A stretch of 64,000 nucleotides of DNA from Candidatus Minusculum obligatum. GTDB taxonomy: Bacteria > Patescibacteriota > Minisyncoccia > Phycocordibacterales > Phycocordibacteraceae. The notes beneath the pieces are model-generated. The model was not told the DNA's origin. It did not search any database and worked only from the letters and a program-made list of their open reading frames with translations. Positions 59,129 to 64,000 of this stretch are shown here, piece by piece (positions within the stretch are counted from its first letter, which is position 1; each line of letters opens with the position of its first letter). The DNA is taken from positions 159,035-223,034 of the forward strand of contig CP174360.1 in NCBI GenBank assembly GCA_045401155.1, in the 5' to 3' direction. A program made the translations under genes and the position numbers.

Positions 59129-60341
59129 TGCGAGTATTTTTGTAGGTGTTGCGCTTGCTGGTGGTGCACTCGTACTTCTTCCTTCTCAAGATTTTTTATA
59201 TGAGAGAGTTGGAGATGTTGGAGTTGAAGTAAAAGAAGAGGTAAAGCTTCCAGAGGTGGAGCATCTTAAGACTCCTGAGTCAGTAAAGATGGTGTATATG
59301 AGTGCGTGTGCTGCTGGGAGCAATACGTTCCGCAAGCACTTCAAGGAGCTTGTTTCTACGACAGAGTTAAATAGCGTCATGATCGACGTGAAGGATTTTA
59401 GTGGGACCATTGCCTTCCAGGCTCAAGATGAAAGACTGGATCAAGATGATGCGCCAGGGTGTTTTGTGTCGGATATGAAGGAGCTCGTTGCTGAGTTTAA
59501 GGAAATGGGCATCTATACTATTGCACGCATTACAGTCTTCCAAGATCCATACTATGCACCGCGACATCCTGAACAGGCGGTGCAAAAAGAAAGTGATAAG
59601 TCAGTGTGGCATGATTATAAAGGGCTTTCATTTGTGGATGTAGGAGCACGTGAGTACTGGGACTACATCGTGACGCTTTCTGAAGAGACGTATGCACTTG
59701 GGTTTGATGAGCTTAACTTTGATTACATTCGATATCCGTCTGATGGGGACATGAAGGATATTTATTATCCAATCACAAATGCGCAAGTTGAGGCAGATCC
59801 GGACTATGGGAAGGCGCACGAACTTAAGAAATTCTTCGCGTATCTTTCATCATCTCTTCCAGAGGGAGCGGTTACATCAGCAGATCTTTTTGGCATGACG
59901 ACGACTAATACAGATGATCTAAATATTGGACAGGTTATGGAGTACGCATATCCGTACTTTGATTACATTGCGCCAATGACATACCCGTCACATTATCCAT
60001 CTGGATTTTATGGAATTGCCAATCCAAATGATCACGTGTATGACGTGATGAAGATTTCTTTAGATAAAGCAGTAGAGCGATTTGAGAGTACGAGTACGAT
60101 TGTGCCATTTGATGATTCTCTTGCAATTGCCTCTACTACACCGCAGGCATACACCAAAGAAGTATTCGATACAGATAAGATTCGTCCTTGGATTCAGGAT
60201 TTTGATTATGGAGGAACGTATGGACCAGATAAGGTGCGTGCACAAATTCAAGCAGTATACGATGCGGGGCTTGATTCATGGATGCTGTGGGATCCAAGTA
60301 ATTGGTACACGAAGGAAGCACTACTTTCTTCAGATATATGA
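59118..60341 (+). CDS. Putative glycoside hydrolase (DUF4015-like TIM barrel)
   Basis: NSVMIDVKD, ARITVFQDP, GFDELNFDYIRYP, PMTYPSHY and RPWIQDF motifs. Confidence 0.85.
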   Translation: MVRSASIFVGVALAGGALVLLPSQDFLYERVGDVGVEVKEEVKLPEVEHLKTPESVKMVYMSACAAGSNTFRKHFKELVSTTELNSVMIDVKDFSGTIAFQAQDERLDQDDAPGCFVSDMKELVAEFKEMGIYTIARITVFQDPYYAPRHPEQAVQKESDKSVWHDYKGLSFVDVGAREYWDYIVTLSEETYALGFDELNFDYIRYPSDGDMKDIYYPITNAQVEADPDYGKAHELKKFFAYLSSSLPEGAVTSADLFGMTTTNTDDLNIGQVMEYAYPYFDYIAPMTYPSHYPSGFYGIANPNDHVYDVMKISLDKAVERFESTSTIVPFDDSLAIASTTPQAYTKEVFDTDKIRPWIQDFDYGGTYGPDKVRAQIQAVYDAGLDSWMLWDPSNWYTKEALLSSDI

Positions 60342-60577
60342 AATTAAAGCTTAAAAAAATTCTTTCCATTCTCATCCCCATACTGTTTTTGGGAATGGCA
60401 CTTTCGTATCTCTTTTTTGAATTTTCTCTTTCTAAAGACTCGCAGGCGCTAAAGGAAGAGTGTACTACTCGCATGGTTCAGGCAGAAGAAAATGGAGAGG
60501 AGTTTTCATACAATCATTGTGTAAATGAACAAGAGTTGTTTATTCGATCAAACCTAAAGTTTCTTTTTGGAGATTAG
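60338..60577 (+). CDS. Small membrane-anchored hypothetical protein
   Basis: ATGA overlap with the upstream stop; TM helix then Cys pair. Confidence 0.55.
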   Translation: MKLKLKKILSILIPILFLGMALSYLFFEFSLSKDSQALKEECTTRMVQAEENGEEFSYNHCVNEQELFIRSNLKFLFGD

Positions 60578-60636
60578 TCTCGTTTCTGTCCAAGTTTGTG
60601 TAATTAGAACAGTAAAAGAATGTGTATACTGTATGT

Positions 60637-62226
60637 ATGAGTGAGAACCTTGATAAGGTGACCTATTTTGGTGCTGCAGATGCGCGTGGAAGAAACACGC
60701 CTTTTGGTATTCGTAAGGGAGACCGGACGCGGCACATGTACGTGATTGGGAAGACGGGTATGGGTAAGAGTACCTTGCTTGAGAACCTTGCCATTCAGGA
60801 TATTAATAATGGAGAAGGGTTGGCATTTATTGATCCGCACGGCTCTACTGCAGAGACGCTTTTAGATTATATTCCAGAGCACCGCGTAAAGGATGTGGTG
60901 TATTTTGCGCCGTTTGATTTGGATAACCCTATTGCCTTCAATGTGATGGAGGATGTTGGATACGATAAGCGACACTTGGTGGTAAGTGGACTTATGTCTA
61001 CCTTCAAGAAGATTTGGGTGGATGCGTGGAGTGCGCGAATGGAGTACATTTTGACCAACACACTTTTGGCGCTTCTTGAGTATCCGGGAGCAACACTTTT
61101 GGGAGTGAATCGTATGTACGTAGATAAGGACTATCGTAATGATGTGATCGCACATATTACCGATCCTGTAGTAAAAGACTTTTGGACAAAAGAGTTTGCA
61201 GGGTATACCGATCGATTTACACAAGAGGCAACACCTGCGATTCAAAACAAGGTGGGCCAGTTTACAAGTAACCCAGTGATTAGAAATATCATTGGGCAGC
61301 CAGTATCTTCTTTTGATATTAGAAAGATTATGGATGAGAAGAAGATTCTTATCGTAAACCTTTCAAAGGGGCAGGTAGGAGATACGAATGCGCAGCTTCT
61401 CGGATCTATGCTTACGACGCGTATTTATCTTGCGGCGATGAGTCGTGCAGACTTACGTAAGTCAGAGTTGCAAAAGCTTCCAAACTTTTATTTCTATGTG
61501 GACGAGTTCCAAAACTTTGCCAATGAGACCTTTGCAGAGATTCTCTCTGAGGCACGTAAGTACAAACTTAATCTTATTATCGCGCACCAATACATTGAGC
61601 AGATGGAAGAGGAGGTTAAAAATGCGGTATTTGGAAACGTGGGTACGACCGTCTCTTTTCGTGTAGGTCCGTTTGACGCAGAGGTGCTCGAGGCCATTTT
61701 CCAACCAAGCTTCACCAAAGAAGATTTGGTGAACCTGGGACAGTACCAGATTTATCTAACCCTTATGATCAATGGGGTTGGTAGCCAGCCATTTTCTGCA
61801 ATGACCATTCCGCCAATTGAAATGCCAGATGTGACATATCGAGAGGAGGTAATTGCAAACTCTAAGAAAACATACGGAAAGGAGCGTAAGGGGATTGAGG
61901 AGGCAATCTTTGCAGCACTTTCTCCATTGCAGCCTGCAGGAAAAGCAATGCAGGAAGAGAAGAAAAAGCCGAAGAAGCAAAATAATAATAATACTAAGAA
62001 ACAGAATCCTCCAAAGAAGCAAGAAAAGAATTCAGGAGAGCTTCGAGATATTTTAAAGAAGGTAGCAGGTAAGGAAGAGAAGAAAAAAGAAATGCCGAAG
62101 CAAGAAAACAGTGCTCTAAAGGAGGCGCTTAAGAAAGCAGAGGTTAGAGAGACTCCAAAGACTGAAGCTAAGACAAATGAAGTTCCTGAAGAGGTACTGA
62201 AACAAATTATTGCTGATGATTCGTAG
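60637..62226 (+). CDS. VirD4/TraD (type IV secretion coupling protein)-like ATPase
   Basis: HMYVIGKTGMGKS, FIDPHG, YVDEFQNF, SEARKY and AHQYIEQ motifs; Lys-rich tail. Confidence 0.85.
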   Translation: MSENLDKVTYFGAADARGRNTPFGIRKGDRTRHMYVIGKTGMGKSTLLENLAIQDINNGEGLAFIDPHGSTAETLLDYIPEHRVKDVVYFAPFDLDNPIAFNVMEDVGYDKRHLVVSGLMSTFKKIWVDAWSARMEYILTNTLLALLEYPGATLLGVNRMYVDKDYRNDVIAHITDPVVKDFWTKEFAGYTDRFTQEATPAIQNKVGQFTSNPVIRNIIGQPVSSFDIRKIMDEKKILIVNLSKGQVGDTNAQLLGSMLTTRIYLAAMSRADLRKSELQKLPNFYFYVDEFQNFANETFAEILSEARKYKLNLIIAHQYIEQMEEEVKNAVFGNVGTTVSFRVGPFDAEVLEAIFQPSFTKEDLVNLGQYQIYLTLMINGVGSQPFSAMTIPPIEMPDVTYREEVIANSKKTYGKERKGIEEAIFAALSPLQPAGKAMQEEKKKPKKQNNNNTKKQNPPKKQEKNSGELRDILKKVAGKEEKKKEMPKQENSALKEALKKAEVRETPKTEAKTNEVPEEVLKQIIADDS

Positions 62227-63406
62227 CCTTCTTTTATTTTGTATCTTTCCGCATCTTGCGTTTGCAGGAGTCTATATAAGTGAGGTTGCATGGATGGGAG
62301 ATGGTGAGAGTGCAAATAATGAGTGGATAGAGTTATATAGTAGTGAGTCAGTTGATCTTGGTGGGTGGAGCCTCTCTGCATTAGATGGCACGCCAAGCAT
62401 TTCATTAGAGGGCACCATAGATGGTGCTTTTGTTATATATCGTGGGACTAACTACTCTGGTGCACTAGAAAATAGTGGAGAAGTGCTTATTCTTTCAGAT
62501 GCTTCTGGTGCAGAAATAGATAGAGTAGATGGAGGTGATGGGTGGAGTATCGGGGGAGACAATGACTCAAAAGAAACTGCTCAGTTTATAGATGGGTCAT
62601 GGATTACAGCTTCTCCTACACCAGGCTCTGTTTCTTTTGCAGAAGAAACGGTTGTAGAGAGTGTTTCTAGTGCTGGTGGCTCTACGTATACTCCGGCACA
62701 TTTAGTTATTGATATTCCAGATGTGATTGAGGTTGTTGCAGGAGATGATCATATATTTGAGGTTGGTGTAGGGAATAGTGAGGGTGCTACGTACACGGGA
62801 GCCTTGGTGTCGTGGAATTTTGGAGACGGAAGCAGTCTTTCGGGGAATAAGATATATCATCGCTATCCGTATGCGGGGGAGTACGTGGCATATGTGCATG
62901 TGCGGTATGGAAATGAAGAGTTTTCTAAAAAAGTTTTGGTGGTGGTGCGGGATGCAGATATTTCATTTTCAGTAGTAGATCAAGATAAGGTGGAGATTAT
63001 AAATGGAGATGATACAGAATTAGATATTTCACATTGGAGGATTACAGACGGCTCTAATGTGTTTATGTTCCCAGCGCATAGTTATGTAGGGAATGAGAGT
63101 TCTGTGTTTATCTCATCTGCCGTGGCAGGATTTAATTTTGGAGAGGATACAGTACTTACGTATCCAAATGGAGAGGAGGTCTTGAGGACTGAAGAAGAGG
63201 TCATAGTTTCTCCGCAGGTTGTATATGTTCCTGCTCCTGTAGTGGAAGAGGTTTTAGTAGAAGAAGATGAGGCACCTCTACTACCTGCGGCAGCAGTTGT
63301 TGCAGATGAAGCTGCAGGAGGGTTGTCGATATGGGTGTATGCCTGGGTGCTGGTAGTTTTGCTGGCGGGCGGAAGTATCGTATATGTGCGAAAGGCGCGG
63401 GCCTGA
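62216..63406 (+). CDS. Secreted lamin-tail + PKD domain protein with C-terminal TM anchor
   Basis: ISEVAWMG...NEWIELY, WNFGDG and DISHW.I motifs. Confidence 0.8.
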   Translation: MIRSLLLFCIFPHLAFAGVYISEVAWMGDGESANNEWIELYSSESVDLGGWSLSALDGTPSISLEGTIDGAFVIYRGTNYSGALENSGEVLILSDASGAEIDRVDGGDGWSIGGDNDSKETAQFIDGSWITASPTPGSVSFAEETVVESVSSAGGSTYTPAHLVIDIPDVIEVVAGDDHIFEVGVGNSEGATYTGALVSWNFGDGSSLSGNKIYHRYPYAGEYVAYVHVRYGNEEFSKKVLVVVRDADISFSVVDQDKVEIINGDDTELDISHWRITDGSNVFMFPAHSYVGNESSVFISSAVAGFNFGEDTVLTYPNGEEVLRTEEEVIVSPQVVYVPAPVVEEVLVEEDEAPLLPAAAVVADEAAGGLSIWVYAWVLVVLLAGGSIVYVRKARA

Positions 63407-63431
63407 GATTAGGTCCGCGCCTTCACGCTGT

Positions 63432-63755
63432 TTATCCGAACAGCGGACGGTCGATTGCTCTCAAAAAGAGTGCAATTATGGATGCAGCAAATGTAAGACC
63501 GACACCGATGCCGACAAGCATTACGGCAAAGGCTGGATATGTGATGGTCAGAACCCACACACATATGCCAGCAAATGCTGAGCTGAGGCATACGCTGATC
63601 CAGTCAAATTTTGTCATCCATTTGTACGAAATCATGTACAGGACTGCAGTTGTGGTTGTCGCCGTAGGGCTCACCGCGGGCCAGAGAATGAGAGTTGTGA
63701 TTGCATAGACGCCCGCAAGGGCGAGCAAGCACAAAACAACGATTACATTTTTCAT
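63432..63755 (-). CDS. ORFan 4-TM membrane protein
   Basis: GAGGAGG SD before ATG; hydrophobic; hairpin 63392-63423. Confidence 0.6.
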   Translation of the reverse strand: MKNVIVVLCLLALAGVYAITTLILWPAVSPTATTTTAVLYMISYKWMTKFDWISVCLSSAFAGICVWVLTITYPAFAVMLVGIGVGLTFAASIIALFLRAIDRPLFG

Positions 63756-63828
63756 GACAGCCTCCTCTAATGCTCAAGGTACGTGATTATTGTGCATATA
63801 GCAATACATAGTAGTATCTTTTATATAT

Positions 63829-63999
63829 ATGGCTAAATTAGCAGCGGTTACAGGCGGAGCAGGGTTTATTGGTTCACATTTGTGTGAGCGTCTTGTCTCT
63901 GAAGGATACAAGGTTATCTCTCTAGATAATTACTTTACAGGCTCAAAAGAGAATCATGTGGAGGGTGTTGAGTATCGGGAGGGGCACACAAAAGATATC
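63829..63999 (+). CDS. NAD-dependent epimerase/dehydratase (3'-truncated by window edge)
   Basis: [22 protein letters not shown]...LDNYFTG. Confidence 0.9.
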   Translation, partial: MAKLAAVTGGAGFIGSHLCERLVSEGYKVISLDNYFTGSKENHVEGVEYREGHTKDI

Positions 64000-64000
64000 G

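Overview
Chromosomal segment of a Patescibacteria/CPR bacterium, most likely Parcubacteria (OD1-type 16S signature GTGCCAGCAGGAGCGGTAA, alpha2-type GlyRS, unlinked rRNA genes, S-layer-like gene, type IV pilus cluster). It is mostly housekeeping (glyS, metG, tatD, rpsF-ssb-rpsR, efp, recA, ftsK, rplJL, rodA, folD, secDF, murD, murC, rsmI) plus envelope and glycosylation genes, a CHASE/PAS kinase with three stand-alone receivers ahead of pilB-pilC-pilins, and a VirD4/TraD-like ATPase. 23S-5S and 16S are separate transcription units about 10 kb apart. The main observation is a complete 107-nt tRNA-shaped element (30772-30878; class II body, non-canonical 8-nt anticodon loop, 34-nt variable region, encoded CCA) nested in a base-paired intervening sequence at helix 45 of the 23S rRNA gene. 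Other notable signals: a 16S 3' end lacking the canonical anti-Shine-Dalgarno and followed by a five-hairpin extension inside the processing stem; apparently leaderless core genes versus dispersed SD-bearing ORFan cassettes; a leader-peptide attenuator in front of an unknown gene; a ~520-nt structured leader before the S-layer-like gene; an unassigned ~280-nt structured RNA after efp; a tandem DnaA-box-like array where strand bias appears to switch; and an AT-rich lipase plus putative immunity pair. All calls come from reading the sequence and from motif recall. No searches or folding computations were run, and several start codons were moved downstream of the ORF-track starts by judgement.
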